This document shows positions 20,010-31,147 of a stretch of 64,000 nucleotides of DNA, in pieces. The stretch is from Spirochaetia bacterium (lineage in GTDB: Bacteria; Spirochaetota; Spirochaetia; UBA9216): contig CAXXYH010000004.1 in assembly GCA_963677925.2 (NCBI GenBank), positions 352,001 to 416,000 of the forward strand. Reading direction: 5' to 3'. A program made the position numbers and the translations under genes. Each line of letters starts with the position of its first letter. Position 1 is the first letter of the stretch. The notes under the pieces are model-generated. The model saw nothing but the letters and a program-made list of their open reading frames with translations, did no database searches and had not been told where the DNA came from.

Positions 20010-21203
20010 TTAATATTTTAGACGTCTATGTTTATTAAAAACAATTATAGATAAAAGATGGTTAATAAAATAAATAAAATAATAGCAGATTAACTGAAAA
20101 ATCACAAAGTTTAAAGCTATGTAAAATCTAGCTTTAAATAAAAGAAACAGGTTTGAATAGAGAATCACTTTTAAATAAGCATCTTGTTTAATTTTATTAA
20201 CTTTAAAAATTATAATTGCAAATATTATCGTTAGAATAATAGGTCCTATATAAGGCAATACTAAATGAGCCGCGGCTGGATAAAAATACCCCCCCATTGG
20301 TATAAATTTTTCTTTAATTACACCAACTGTATACATTTCGCTCATATAATTATTAACAGTATATAATGATGTACTTGCACCGATATATGATAAAAAAAGA
20401 TTAATAACTCCATTTAGTGAATATAAAATTAAACTGTAATTATAATTATAATCCACTACTTCAATCGTTTGCATCAATCCATAAGAACCAAAAACACCTT
20501 CACCAATAAAAGGATATAAAAAATTTAAAATATTAACGCCATTCCTTAATATTCCTATTAAAGCAATTACAATAATTAACCCTATAAAATAAATTAACAT
20601 GTTTTTTTTATTCTTTAATGTTAATATATAACTGATAAAAAGAACAAATAAATTTGTTCTTTGTGTATCTACATAACTTAACAGTATAAAACTTAATAAT
20701 ATTATAATTCTAATTTTCTCTTTTTTTCTATACCTGACAAAAATTATTATACCTAAGACTTGAAGTATATTTCTAAAATATGCTGTAATTGACGCTCCAA
20801 TTCCAGAGCGTTCTCCTGAAGTCCAATTGAATTGACTGCTTAAATAAAAGCCTATTGGAAATAATAAAAAATATAGATAGATGGGATTTATTGTTAGCTC
20901 AGGAAGTTTATTACCATAAAAACTTAGATATACTTTTTTCTTGTTAAACAACAAAATTATTGAATATGTAATTAAACAAAAAGAGGAAATTATTATTTGT
21001 TTATTCAAAACATCAAATCTATTTATATAAAGGGTAAATGGTATTGAATTCATATTTGGAAATATTTTATATATAAGATATGGAAAAAAATTATATAAAA
21101 TTATAAAGCCAAGAAAAATCCAATGTATTAAGTTGCTAATTTCAATTTTATTTTTATAGAAAACGATTAAACTGAAAATTATACTTACTAAAAATAATAT
21201 CAT
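20010..21203 (-). CDS. wzy: Putative O-antigen/capsule polymerase Wzy
   Basis: About 10 hydrophobic segments, Ile/Phe-rich, located among GTs in a Wzx-containing cluster. Confidence 0.65.
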   Translation of the reverse strand: MILFLVSIIFSLIVFYKNKIEISNLIHWIFLGFIILYNFFPYLIYKIFPNMNSIPFTLYINRFDVLNKQIIISSFCLITYSIILLFNKKKVYLSFYGNKLPELTINPIYLYFLLFPIGFYLSSQFNWTSGERSGIGASITAYFRNILQVLGIIIFVRYRKKEKIRIIILLSFILLSYVDTQRTNLFVLFISYILTLKNKKNMLIYFIGLIIVIALIGILRNGVNILNFLYPFIGEGVFGSYGLMQTIEVVDYNYNYSLILYSLNGVINLFLSYIGASTSLYTVNNYMSEMYTVGVIKEKFIPMGGYFYPAAAHLVLPYIGPIILTIIFAIIIFKVNKIKQDAYLKVILYSNLFLLFKARFYIALNFVIFQLICYYFIYFINHLLSIIVFNKHRRLKY

Positions 21204-21216
21204 GACTTAATTAACC

Positions 21217-22314
21217 TTATCCAAAAAAGCTATCTATTACTTCAATTGTTTGACTATCAAATCTATCTTCATCAAAATATATAGATACATTATTCATATC
21301 AACAAATTTAAAATAGTCTTTATTCTTTTTCAATTCAAAGATTTTTTTATATAAGTCATTCAAGTTTGAAAACTGATATTTAACTGGAACAAGCCCATCA
21401 TATAATTCATGCATAGGTGCGATGACTGGAATATTTAATGTTAATGCTTCAAGAACGACTAATGGAACGCCTTCAAAATAAGAAGTAAGTATTAAAACAT
21501 CAGTATTTTTATAAATTTTTTCTTTATCACTTTCCCATCCGTGAAATTTGACATTTTTCTCATTGATAAATTTTAATCTTTTTTTAGCCTTAATTAGATC
21601 TTTTCCATCTCCAAAAATGTTAAATATAAATTCATGTGAATTCTTTTTTAAAATCTCATTAATTAAATCAATAAACAAAAAAATGTTTTTTTGTTTATTC
21701 ACCATTCTTCCCACCCAGGTTATTTCTTTATAATTATTTTTATTTTTATTAATAATTATCGATTTCCTTTCGATATAATTATCTATAATTTTTATTTTAT
21801 AATCCAGAACACCTCTTTTTATCCCCAGAGCTCGCTGATACAAGGAAATTGTAATAAGATTATCTATTTTATTAAATAGTAAACTATTTAATAGATCTCT
21901 TATAAATCCAAGTTTTGATTTAATATCGCGTTTTGATTGTAATAATGGGATATAATTGACACACTTAAAATTATTTTTTTTTGCAACAAGAAAACCAAAA
22001 CTTGATAATTCAATATCTCCTTGAACAAAAATAATTAGTTCTGGATTTATATCTTTAAAGATACTCAAAATTTCATTCTTTTTATTTGTAAAAATATGTA
22101 TTAAAGAATAAAAACATTGTGGTTCTTTTGAGAAATAATTTACTGTAATAATACTTATATCTAAATCAGATAACTTTTGATATAACCGTTCATTTTGATT
22201 ACTTATTACTACTGAAATATCATAATGTAAAATTAAAGACTTAATTATTTTGACCATCATCTCTTCATGACCACCAAAATGAATTGTATCATTATATAGT
22301 AATATCTTTTTCAT
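21217..22314 (-). CDS. GT4 glycosyltransferase
   Basis: FGGHE, VGRM..QK, TSYFEGVPLVVLEA. Confidence 0.88.
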   Translation of the reverse strand: MKKILLYNDTIHFGGHEEMMVKIIKSLILHYDISVVISNQNERLYQKLSDLDISIITVNYFSKEPQCFYSLIHIFTNKKNEILSIFKDINPELIIFVQGDIELSSFGFLVAKKNNFKCVNYIPLLQSKRDIKSKLGFIRDLLNSLLFNKIDNLITISLYQRALGIKRGVLDYKIKIIDNYIERKSIIINKNKNNYKEITWVGRMVNKQKNIFLFIDLINEILKKNSHEFIFNIFGDGKDLIKAKKRLKFINEKNVKFHGWESDKEKIYKNTDVLILTSYFEGVPLVVLEALTLNIPVIAPMHELYDGLVPVKYQFSNLNDLYKKIFELKKNKDYFKFVDMNNVSIYFDEDRFDSQTIEVIDSFFG

Positions 22315-22323
22315 CTCATCCCA

Positions 22324-23334
22324 TTATAAATTAAATAATTCTTTCCATGAATTTTTAATATTTTTTATTGAAAATTTTGCTGATGCCCTTATTGCATTCA
22401 TAGAAATCTGATGCAAATCCTCTCTTTTCATAATTGAACTTAATTTATCAATTTCCCATGAGTCTACAAGAAAACCATCAACACCATCTGTGATTATATT
22501 TCGAGGCCCAATATGATTACTTGAAATAACAATAAGGCCTTGAGACATAGCTTCAATAATTACTATGCCAAAAAGTTCTTCCCATTCATTATTTTTTATA
22601 GAAGGAACAAAAAGAAAACTATTATTTCTATAAATTTCTGTAAGTTTTTTTTTGTCATCAATGAATCCAAAATATTTAATATTTTCACTGTCTTCTATTT
22701 TTTGTTTTAATTTTCCTTTACCAATTACAGAAATTTCATAATTTTTAAAAAGTAAACTATTTGAAAATGAAATAAGGATCTCGACTCCTTTACATTCTTC
22801 TAATCTACCAACAAAAAGTATTTTATTATCAATCTCCTTTATGCCTGAAAATAAGGGCAAATCAACCACATGAGGTATTGTTCTGATAGGACCCCTATAA
22901 TCTATACTTTTTCTAATAGACCTTTCACTTGATTCTAAAACTGTAACTATTGCTTTAAAATTATCATAAAAATTTTTATTTTTTAATTTAAATTTATCCC
23001 AGTATGGCCAAGAAGTGTGATATATCAAATCATGTCTATTTTTTAACAAATTAAAAACTCTCAATCGTTTATGAAAAGGTTTACATCCAATAACAATTGT
23101 TAAATCTCTTTTAAAAAAGAGATTTATATATTCAATAAAGGACTTTAAACAAATTGATAAATTATCTAATGTTCTTCTCTTGATAATATCCGCTAAAATT
23201 TTTCTTAAGGGAAATAAAAATAAAATTTCTAATTTTATTCCAGATTCTAATGATAATGCTTCGATTGCTTTAAAATAGATTCTCCCGTCGATATCATGAA
23301 AAAGTAATATCTTTTTAGATAATTTTCGCACCAT
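22324..23334 (-). CDS. GT4 glycosyltransferase
   Basis: FVGRLEECKG, WEELFGIVIIEAM. Confidence 0.88.
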   Translation of the reverse strand: MVRKLSKKILLFHDIDGRIYFKAIEALSLESGIKLEILFLFPLRKILADIIKRRTLDNLSICLKSFIEYINLFFKRDLTIVIGCKPFHKRLRVFNLLKNRHDLIYHTSWPYWDKFKLKNKNFYDNFKAIVTVLESSERSIRKSIDYRGPIRTIPHVVDLPLFSGIKEIDNKILFVGRLEECKGVEILISFSNSLLFKNYEISVIGKGKLKQKIEDSENIKYFGFIDDKKKLTEIYRNNSFLFVPSIKNNEWEELFGIVIIEAMSQGLIVISSNHIGPRNIITDGVDGFLVDSWEIDKLSSIMKREDLHQISMNAIRASAKFSIKNIKNSWKELFNL

Positions 23335-23342
23335 TAAACAAC

Positions 23343-24314
23343 CTAATTTGAATAATATTTTTTTTCAATATTTTCTCTATTATAATTCCATAAAACTTTC
23401 TGCATTACTACAATTGGATTTAAAAATTTTTTATTAAATAAACTAACATTATTTCTTTTAAAAATAATAATTATTGATAAAATTTTTCTTAATCTGAATC
23501 TATATCTTATAGCTAAGATAACTCTATCAAGTCCATGTAAATTCAATTTGTTAAAATCCTCTTTTGAAAGCCCTCTTTTTAAAAACTTGTAATGGTCGAT
23601 AAAGACCTTTAACCTACAATCAAATACATCTTGAGATATATTAGTAGTTAAACTTCCTTTACCTCGAGTAATACAATAAATGCAATTAGGATCTACTTCA
23701 AATTTTTTATAAAAGAAACCGATTTTAGTAGAAAACATTACATCATTTGAAGCAACAACCTCATCAAAATTGATATTAAATTCATTGAGGAATTTCCGAT
23801 TTATTAATTTAGAACAGGGTGACGTAAATCTATATCTAAGAAATAATTCCTCTTCATGTCCTGGGTTATGTATATAATTCCTTATTAAATTTTCATAGTG
23901 CAAATGTCTATCTGTAATTTCACCAGATTCTAAAATTACACTTGTAGGAATAAAAAATATGACATCAAATGAAGTACTAAAATACTTTGATACAATTTCA
24001 TAAAACCCGTTTAGAAACCAATCATCAGAATCAGAAAAAAGAAGCCAACGACCAGAAGATTTGTTAATCCCTATATTTCGACAAGCGCCAGCACCTTTAT
24101 TTCCTGAGGTATTTGAAAAAAACTTTATATGTGAATATTCCTTTTTAACTTTCAAATATTCAAATTTTTCGACACCATTAGTACTATTATCATCTATAAC
24201 TATGATTTCAATATTTTCCTTTTTCGGTATTGTTTTTAATAATTTTTCTAGTAATTCTGGTGCGTTGAAATGTGGTATTATTATTGAAAGGTCAATCTCA
24301 AATTTTTTATTCAT
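23343..24314 (-). CDS. GT2 glycosyltransferase
   Basis: SIIIPHFN, IDDNS, GAGACRN, FSDSDD. Confidence 0.9.
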   Translation of the reverse strand: MNKKFEIDLSIIIPHFNAPELLEKLLKTIPKKENIEIIVIDDNSTNGVEKFEYLKVKKEYSHIKFFSNTSGNKGAGACRNIGINKSSGRWLLFSDSDDWFLNGFYEIVSKYFSTSFDVIFFIPTSVILESGEITDRHLHYENLIRNYIHNPGHEEELFLRYRFTSPCSKLINRKFLNEFNINFDEVVASNDVMFSTKIGFFYKKFEVDPNCIYCITRGKGSLTTNISQDVFDCRLKVFIDHYKFLKRGLSKEDFNKLNLHGLDRVILAIRYRFRLRKILSIIIIFKRNNVSLFNKKFLNPIVVMQKVLWNYNRENIEKKYYSN

Positions 24315-24326
24315 TTTTTCAAACTA

Positions 24327-25583
24327 TTAAAATTTCTCTCCATTTCCAATTCCTATATAAATATTAGTAAAATTATCACTTCTATCACTATATGCATTTC
24401 GTCCATCAATAAATACTGGAATTTTATAAAAAGAATGCACATATTCATTAAAAATCATATGTTGAGTTATTAGAATAGCAGCATCACAATTTGATATTTC
24501 TTTTTCAAAATCTAAATCCTCCCAATATTCTTCTATGTAAGGATCAATTTTAATTACTTTTGCACCTAATTTCTCTAATGTATTTATTACTGGAAAAGCA
24601 GGTGATTCCCTAATGTCATTTACATCGGGTTTATATGATAAGCCTAAAACAAGAATTCTGCTATTTTTTATACTTTTTTCAATTCTATTTAATCCATTGG
24701 TACATAATGACACAGTATATTCAGGCATATTAGCATTTATTCTTCTAGCTAAACTTAAAAACTGGTGATCATAACCAATATCTTTACCTTTCTCAATCAT
24801 ATAATATGGATCTACTGCAATACAATGACCTCCTACGCCCGCACCAGGATAATGAGCCATAAATGCAAACGGTTTTGTTGATGCACCTTTAATAACTTCT
24901 AATGTATTAATTCCCTGTAATTGAAAGGATTGTGCCATTTCGTTTATAAACGCTATATTAATATCTCGGAAAGTATTTTCTAGAATTTTTGTAGCTTCAG
25001 CTGCTTTAATCTGAGAAAGTAATGTAATTTCTGCATCTATCATCTGTGAATATAAAGCTTTTGCTTTTTCTCCACTTTCCTTGTCGATACCTCCAACAAC
25101 TCTTGGGATATTACTTACATTCCATTTTTTATCTCCAGGATTAATACGTTCTGGACAATGAGCAAGATAGTATTTAACATTTGCCTTGTCTAATATTGGT
25201 TTAACGATTTCTTCACATACCCCAGGATAAATAGTTGATTCAATAACAACAATATCATCTTTTTTTAAAAATTTTACTATCTCCTCACAGGCGTTTATTA
25301 TATAACTTAAATCCGGTAAAGTTTTTGATTTTACAGGTGTAGGAACACAAATAATATAATTATTACTTTTAGAATCTTTAATTGATGTATACACCTCTAT
25401 TTGAAATTTGTCATATAATTTTTTGGTATATGTTTCTAAAAATTTTAGTTCTTTGCGAGAATTTATCAGTTCTACTAAGTTCTTATTTAGATCAACACCA
25501 ATTACATGGTTATTTTTGGATGCTGCTTGATATGCTAATGGCAAACCAACATATCCTAAACCAATTATAGTTATATTTTCCAT
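24327..25583 (-). CDS. UDP-N-acetylhexosamine 6-dehydrogenase (WbpA/WecC/TviB family)
   Basis: GLGYVGLP, CVPTP, ESTIYPG, PERINPG, GVGGHCI, DIRESP. Confidence 0.9.
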   Translation of the reverse strand: MENITIIGLGYVGLPLAYQAASKNNHVIGVDLNKNLVELINSRKELKFLETYTKKLYDKFQIEVYTSIKDSKSNNYIICVPTPVKSKTLPDLSYIINACEEIVKFLKKDDIVVIESTIYPGVCEEIVKPILDKANVKYYLAHCPERINPGDKKWNVSNIPRVVGGIDKESGEKAKALYSQMIDAEITLLSQIKAAEATKILENTFRDINIAFINEMAQSFQLQGINTLEVIKGASTKPFAFMAHYPGAGVGGHCIAVDPYYMIEKGKDIGYDHQFLSLARRINANMPEYTVSLCTNGLNRIEKSIKNSRILVLGLSYKPDVNDIRESPAFPVINTLEKLGAKVIKIDPYIEEYWEDLDFEKEISNCDAAILITQHMIFNEYVHSFYKIPVFIDGRNAYSDRSDNFTNIYIGIGNGEKF

Positions 25584-25587
25584 TTTT

Positions 25588-26256
25588 TTACTCCTTTAAG
25601 GATAAAAACAAATTCTTATTTATTAAGATTTCTTTTTCTGACATATTAAAAATATTCTTATTTTTTTTTATCTTTTCAATATCCCAATCCCACCACTTGA
25701 TCTCTTCTAACAGATCTATACATTCTTTTGTAAATCTGGATTTAATAACTTTTGCGGGGTTTCCTACTACGATACTATATGGTGGAATATCTTTAACAAC
25801 GACACTTCCTGCGCCTACTATTGAACCTCTCCCAATATTAATCCCAGACAGAATAACAGAATTCGAACCAATCCATACATCTTCACCAATATTAATATCA
25901 CCTTTCGAATCAATCTCATTTAAATTATTACTTTTAAAAAGGTTTTGAAATATATAATAAGAAGTAATTCGATTATATTTATGATTATATTCCTGAATAA
26001 TTACATTTGATGCAATCGAACAAAAACTTCCTATTCTGATTTTATTTATTAATGAAGCAATTCTTGTTCCTGGACCATTTATTGTAGTATATCTACCAAT
26101 TTCAATTTTCCCCACTAAAGACACAACATCTTTAATTTTAGAACCAACTCCTATTTGCTTAATTAAATTATATGAAATCTTAGAAATATTATGTATCTCA
26201 ATATTATTTTTTCTAGCATAATTTCTTTTTATTATACTCTTAACAAACCTTATCAA
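25588..26256 (-). CDS. CatB/Vat-type hexapeptide O-acetyltransferase
   Basis: IGSFCSIA, SKGDINIGEDVWIG, GAGSVV.KD.PPY.IV.GNPA, WWDW. Confidence 0.85.
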   Translation of the reverse strand: MIRFVKSIIKRNYARKNNIEIHNISKISYNLIKQIGVGSKIKDVVSLVGKIEIGRYTTINGPGTRIASLINKIRIGSFCSIASNVIIQEYNHKYNRITSYYIFQNLFKSNNLNEIDSKGDINIGEDVWIGSNSVILSGINIGRGSIVGAGSVVVKDIPPYSIVVGNPAKVIKSRFTKECIDLLEEIKWWDWDIEKIKKNKNIFNMSEKEILINKNLFLSLKE

Positions 26257-26296
26257 AATTATTCCTTTAGATAATAAATAGAAGATATAAACTATC

Positions 26297-27685
26297 CTAT
26301 TTATTTATTTCTTCCTTAAAAAAATTAGAACTTATTTTTTTTATAGGATACGCGTTTATAAATTCTTCTAATTCTTCTAAATTTTCAGCTATAGAGAAAT
26401 ATTTATTCTCTATAGCAAAATCCAAATATTCATAACCTGGAAGTCTCATAATTATAATTTTACATTCTAAAAGAGTTGCCTCAAAAATCATAGTAGAATA
26501 TACACCCACAACATACTCTATCTCATTTTGTATAAACTCATAGATATTGTCCTTTCTAAGAACTAATTCAAAATTTTCTAATTTTAAAGCCTCTAACAAA
26601 TCAGGATAATCTTTTTGCCAACCATCATATTCACCAGGATGTAGTTTATAATATACTTTAAGATTAATATGCTTTTTAGCATAATTATAAGCAATATTTA
26701 CTAAATCCTCTCCAATAGTTCCTTGAGAAATAAATAAAATTTCTTTACCTTTTTTTATTTTATTAATATCTGTAATAGTCTTTTCTAAATGGGGAAAACC
26801 ATATATGTATACAAATCTTCTATCTATGGGTAATGGTGTAGATTTAAACCAATATTCACCAAATAAAAACATTTTATTTGGAAAATATGGTATATTTTTA
26901 TTATGAGGGAAGCTATAACCTAAATGATACTTGGACATAGTTCCATGCTGAATTTCAATACAATCAATATTATTTTTATGACAAGCTGAGACAATACTTT
27001 CTTTTCCATATGAACAAATCAAATATACTTCTTTTACACAACGTCTCTTAAATAAATTAGTAAAAAAGGATTCTTCATATTTAAATTTTGTAATTAAGCG
27101 TATTACTATTGGATAGAGATCTATTGATAAATTAAATTTCTTATTTAAATCATTTAAAATAGATTTAAGTACTTTTTTATCCTCATCATCTATTATGATT
27201 TCTTTTTTCTTATAATTTATAGTATTTAATGAATTATAGTGTTCAAAATAACTTCTTTCTTTCGAGAATTTTGAAAAATGCTTTCCTTTATCTGGTAAAT
27301 CGACTATCTCAAATTTTTCATTTTTCTTTTTAAGATCCTCTACTATATATTTAGTATATATATCTATATATTTTCCATTTTCATAAGATTTGCGTCCACT
27401 TTCAAAAACAAGTATATCAATTTTTTTCTTTCTTCTTCCTACACTAAAAAACAAACTATTAAAATTTCTGATAAATAAATAATACAATCTTATAATAATA
27501 TTTCTTTTAACTCTTCTTTGAGCAAATCCAAACAAACCCAATGAATTTGCAATTATATTAAAAATAGTATTCCTAACTATTTTCCAATAATAAATATTAT
27601 TTATCTTTTTATTAAAAAGATCGTTCTTTTCCTCAAGATCCCAAAATATTTCACAAATTTTTTTTATAGTAAATGTATTATTCAT
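26297..27685 (-). CDS. Putative nonulosonic-acid (sialyl/KDN) transferase, GT-B-like
   Basis: EIQHG, KLHPGE (HP motif seen in bacterial sialyltransferases), YSTMIFEA; adjacent to wzx and the CMP-nonulosonate synthetase. Confidence 0.5.
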   Translation of the reverse strand: MNNTFTIKKICEIFWDLEEKNDLFNKKINNIYYWKIVRNTIFNIIANSLGLFGFAQRRVKRNIIIRLYYLFIRNFNSLFFSVGRRKKKIDILVFESGRKSYENGKYIDIYTKYIVEDLKKKNEKFEIVDLPDKGKHFSKFSKERSYFEHYNSLNTINYKKKEIIIDDEDKKVLKSILNDLNKKFNLSIDLYPIVIRLITKFKYEESFFTNLFKRRCVKEVYLICSYGKESIVSACHKNNIDCIEIQHGTMSKYHLGYSFPHNKNIPYFPNKMFLFGEYWFKSTPLPIDRRFVYIYGFPHLEKTITDINKIKKGKEILFISQGTIGEDLVNIAYNYAKKHINLKVYYKLHPGEYDGWQKDYPDLLEALKLENFELVLRKDNIYEFIQNEIEYVVGVYSTMIFEATLLECKIIIMRLPGYEYLDFAIENKYFSIAENLEELEEFINAYPIKKISSNFFKEEINK

Positions 27686-27703
27686 ATATTATTAAAATTT
27701 TTA

Positions 27704-29122
27704 CTAAATTCTCTTTTTCAATTTAATTATTTCATTATAAAAAAAAATTAACCCAATTGTAATTAGTAATATTATTTTAAATGATAATGATAAATAATAT
27801 ATATTATTTGGAAGTGAGAAAAAGATACTTACCCCACCACATAGCGTTAACAGAAAAAATATTATTTTATTTATTCTAATGGTCTTAAATTTTAATATAA
27901 ATTTACTATTTACAAAATGAAAGACAAATAAAAAGAAATAAGATATAATTGTTGTCACTGCCGCTATTTGATATCCATATCTTGGAATCAGTAGATAGTT
28001 TAGAACTATATTAATGACTCCAGCTAGTAAAGTAAAAATTGAAATTGTTCCTGTTTTTTTATTATAAAAAGCATAATTACCAAATAAAGTATATAAAAAC
28101 ACGATCACATATCCTAATACTATATATGGAACAATATCTAGTGCCTCTAAATACTTTTTATCTGCCATAATTATAATTAATTCTTTACTAAATAAAATAA
28201 TTAATAATGCAATAAAAAAAATTATTTTTGCATATTTTTCAGCAATATTCTGAATTTCATCATATCTATTTTTTTCTAGTTTTTTATAAAAAATAGGAAT
28301 CCAGGCTTTATTCAGAGCCATTACAACTATATTCATTATCATTCCTACATTATAGGCAAAAGAATATAATCCTGTTTCATTAGTTCCAACCAATTGGTTT
28401 ATAATAATTCTATCAAATTGAGCTAAAATAAAGCCTGAAAGAGCATGAGGAATTAATGGAATTCCATAGGATAATGAATAATTAATATCCTTCCATCTAA
28501 AAGAAATTTTTGATTCTTTCAATAGACAGATAACTGAATAGATACTTAATAATACTGAAATTACTAATTGAGAATAAATCTTTCCATTATATTTTTCATC
28601 ACTTAATGAATAAACCCAAAGAACCGAAAGAATAGTTATTACACTATTTCTAAAGACTGAAAGAATCGCATATTTTCTACTATTTTGATGTGCCTGTAAT
28701 AACGACAGATACATTTGATAAAATATAGTTAAAATGGAAAGACAAATAGAAAAAATAAAAATATTTTCAGAAATTGAGAGTAATCTGGAAATGATAGATC
28801 GGTTTAAAAAAAATATGAATAAGATAAATCCATCAATGATTATTAAAAAAATTAAGTTTGATCCAATAAACGATGGATATTCTCCTTCTTTTTCAAAAAA
28901 TCTTCGAAAAATCGCTCCATGGATATTAAAACCTAGTACAATAGAAAAGATTCTTACATACGAATTAAAAACTGAAACTAAACCATAATCAGAAGGGGTT
29001 AAAATACGCGTGAAAATTGGAATAGTCAAAAAAGCAATCGCATTATTAAAAAAATCAGCTATTAGATAATTTGAAGAATTTAAAACAAATTTATTGTTTT
29101 TTATTGATTTAATGAATTTCAT
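27704..29122 (-). CDS. wzx: Polysaccharide flippase Wzx
   Basis: PIFTRILTPSDYG, DRIII, GLYSFAY, LNYLLIPRYG; about 12-14 TM segments. Confidence 0.9.
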   Translation of the reverse strand: MKFIKSIKNNKFVLNSSNYLIADFFNNAIAFLTIPIFTRILTPSDYGLVSVFNSYVRIFSIVLGFNIHGAIFRRFFEKEGEYPSFIGSNLIFLIIIDGFILFIFFLNRSIISRLLSISENIFIFSICLSILTIFYQMYLSLLQAHQNSRKYAILSVFRNSVITILSVLWVYSLSDEKYNGKIYSQLVISVLLSIYSVICLLKESKISFRWKDINYSLSYGIPLIPHALSGFILAQFDRIIINQLVGTNETGLYSFAYNVGMIMNIVVMALNKAWIPIFYKKLEKNRYDEIQNIAEKYAKIIFFIALLIILFSKELIIIMADKKYLEALDIVPYIVLGYVIVFLYTLFGNYAFYNKKTGTISIFTLLAGVINIVLNYLLIPRYGYQIAAVTTIISYFFLFVFHFVNSKFILKFKTIRINKIIFFLLTLCGGVSIFFSLPNNIYYLSLSFKIILLITIGLIFFYNEIIKLKKRI

Positions 29123-29130
29123 CTTCTATG

Positions 29131-30276
29131 TTATTTCTTTAAGAGTCGAATTACCATTTCTCTAAAAGCACCTTCTCCGCCTTTCGAATTAAGGACATGT
29201 TTTACAATCCTTTTATTTTCATCAATAGCGTCTGAAGGACAAAATGAAAAACCAACTGCATTGAGAACCTCAAAATCATTTATATCGTCACCTATATAAG
29301 CAACTTCTTTTAATGAAATATTTTCAATATTACAAATTTCTTGTACTACAGATAATTTATCTTTAATCCCCTGATAAAGATAATCAACTTTTACTTTTTT
29401 TGCTCTTCTTGCAACAATTTCAGTATTCTCAGATGTAATTATACCTGTTCTTATTCCTGCTTCTTTTAGTAATTGAAATCCCATTCCGTCTCTAGTATTA
29501 AATTTTTTCAATTCATTACCAGTTTGATCATAATACATGCCAGCATCAGTCAATACACCATCTACATCAGTTAGTACAATCTTTATTGTCTCTATTGCTT
29601 TGAAATAACTATGATATTTTTTAATTAGATTCTCTATAATTACCAAATCATCTTCTTCATCTATTTCAGTTAAACAATATTCTTCCATTTCATAAGTTAA
29701 AATATTTCCAGAAATTCTATTATTTGACTTAAAAATCTTATCAACAGTACTAATATAAAAAGCACCATTTTCGATTAAAAATCCTGAAAAGTCCTGTCGT
29801 CTTGGCCTGTTAAAGATATCATAATTTAACGCAGTTCCATTATCAGACCATAAAAATCTTTTTGTTCTTGAACAGCTGACTATTGAATCAATTTTTTTAT
29901 CCGAAAACCTCTCTAACGCTTCAGTTAAATCTCTTGCTTCCAATAAAGGTGATGTTGCCTGAATTAGAATAAAGATATCATCATTAGATATGGGCTTTGA
30001 ATTTAGAAATTCAATCATAACACTTTCAGTTGAAGAAGAATCTTCAGCATTTTCTTTTAATCTATTATATATATTTACTTTCTGAAATTTAAATGATTGA
30101 ATTACTGTTTTATATTCTTCAGAATCTATTGCTACATGAATTTCATCAATTTTTTGACAATTTTCCGCTGCTAATAAAGTCCAAAAAATTAAAGGTTTAC
30201 CTGCAATTTTTTTTATATTCTTATTGGGAATGGATTTACTTCCACTGCGTATAGGAATAAAAGCTATTGTTGACAT
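29131..30276 (-). CDS. neuA: Bifunctional CMP-nonulosonate synthetase + KdsC-like HAD phosphatase
   Basis: PIRSGSKSIPNKN, QATSP, RRQD, ENGAFY, EIDE; C-terminal DVDGVLTD, GDDIND, GGEGAFRE. Confidence 0.85.
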   Translation of the reverse strand: MSTIAFIPIRSGSKSIPNKNIKKIAGKPLIFWTLLAAENCQKIDEIHVAIDSEEYKTVIQSFKFQKVNIYNRLKENAEDSSSTESVMIEFLNSKPISNDDIFILIQATSPLLEARDLTEALERFSDKKIDSIVSCSRTKRFLWSDNGTALNYDIFNRPRRQDFSGFLIENGAFYISTVDKIFKSNNRISGNILTYEMEEYCLTEIDEEDDLVIIENLIKKYHSYFKAIETIKIVLTDVDGVLTDAGMYYDQTGNELKKFNTRDGMGFQLLKEAGIRTGIITSENTEIVARRAKKVKVDYLYQGIKDKLSVVQEICNIENISLKEVAYIGDDINDFEVLNAVGFSFCPSDAIDENKRIVKHVLNSKGGEGAFREMVIRLLKK

Positions 30277-30277
30277 G

Positions 30278-31147
30278 CTATCCTCTATATTTTAGTTTAT
30301 CTCTTTGAATTGCTTCGATTGGTAAGATTTCCTCTTTTTTATAATGTAAAGACTGTGACGCTGCATTTAAATCTCTAATTAATTTTTTCAATCCCTGAGG
30401 TTCTAATGAAGCAGCATGATCAGTACCTTTCCACGTACGATCTAAAGTAAAATGCCTTTCTATCCATTCAGCACCTAAAGTATATGCAGCTATATCAATA
30501 GCTATACCTAAATGATGACCAGAAAATCCTACACTTTTTACTTTTGAACCGTAGGATTCCTTAAGTCGTAAAATTTCTAGTAGGTTAACATCTTCAAAAG
30601 GAACTGGATATCCTGATGTACAACTATAAATAATAACTCTTGATTTTAAAGTGTTTTTTTCATTAAAAAATGAAAGAATCTTTTTTTCTTCCTCATGCGT
30701 TGTCATACCAAAGGATAAATGAATATCTCCATCATACTCATCTCTTAGGACTTCCAACATTGAGAAATGTGTATTACATGCAGAAGGTACCTTTATAAAT
30801 TCAGGATTTATTTCTATAATTTCTTTCGCTGAAGTAATGTCCCATACAGAAGTGGAATAAACTATCCCTCTTTGTTCGCAATAATTTTTTAATTCCTTAT
30901 GTGTCTTTTTATCTAACTCTAAAAATTCTCTATGTTCCCCATATGTATCACCGTATGAATGCATAGGATTAGGATGTGGTGCATTATACTGTTCTTCAGT
31001 CAATAATTCTTTTGGTGTACGTTTTTGAAATTTTGCGACTGATGCTTTGCAAAAAACGGCTGTATCAATTAACTCTTTAGCTATGTCGATATTCCCTTTA
31101 TGATTACATCCAATTTCTGCAATTACTTTTGGCAGCTTATACTCCAT
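30278..31147 (-). CDS. neuB: N-acetylneuraminate/nonulosonate(-9-phosphate) synthase, no C-terminal SAF domain
   Basis: IAEIGCNHKG, KFQKR, GFSGH, IERHFTLDR, DHAASLE; AGGAG RBS before the ATG at 31147. Confidence 0.88.
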   Translation of the reverse strand: MEYKLPKVIAEIGCNHKGNIDIAKELIDTAVFCKASVAKFQKRTPKELLTEEQYNAPHPNPMHSYGDTYGEHREFLELDKKTHKELKNYCEQRGIVYSTSVWDITSAKEIIEINPEFIKVPSACNTHFSMLEVLRDEYDGDIHLSFGMTTHEEEKKILSFFNEKNTLKSRVIIYSCTSGYPVPFEDVNLLEILRLKESYGSKVKSVGFSGHHLGIAIDIAAYTLGAEWIERHFTLDRTWKGTDHAASLEPQGLKKLIRDLNAASQSLHYKKEEILPIEAIQRDKLKYRG

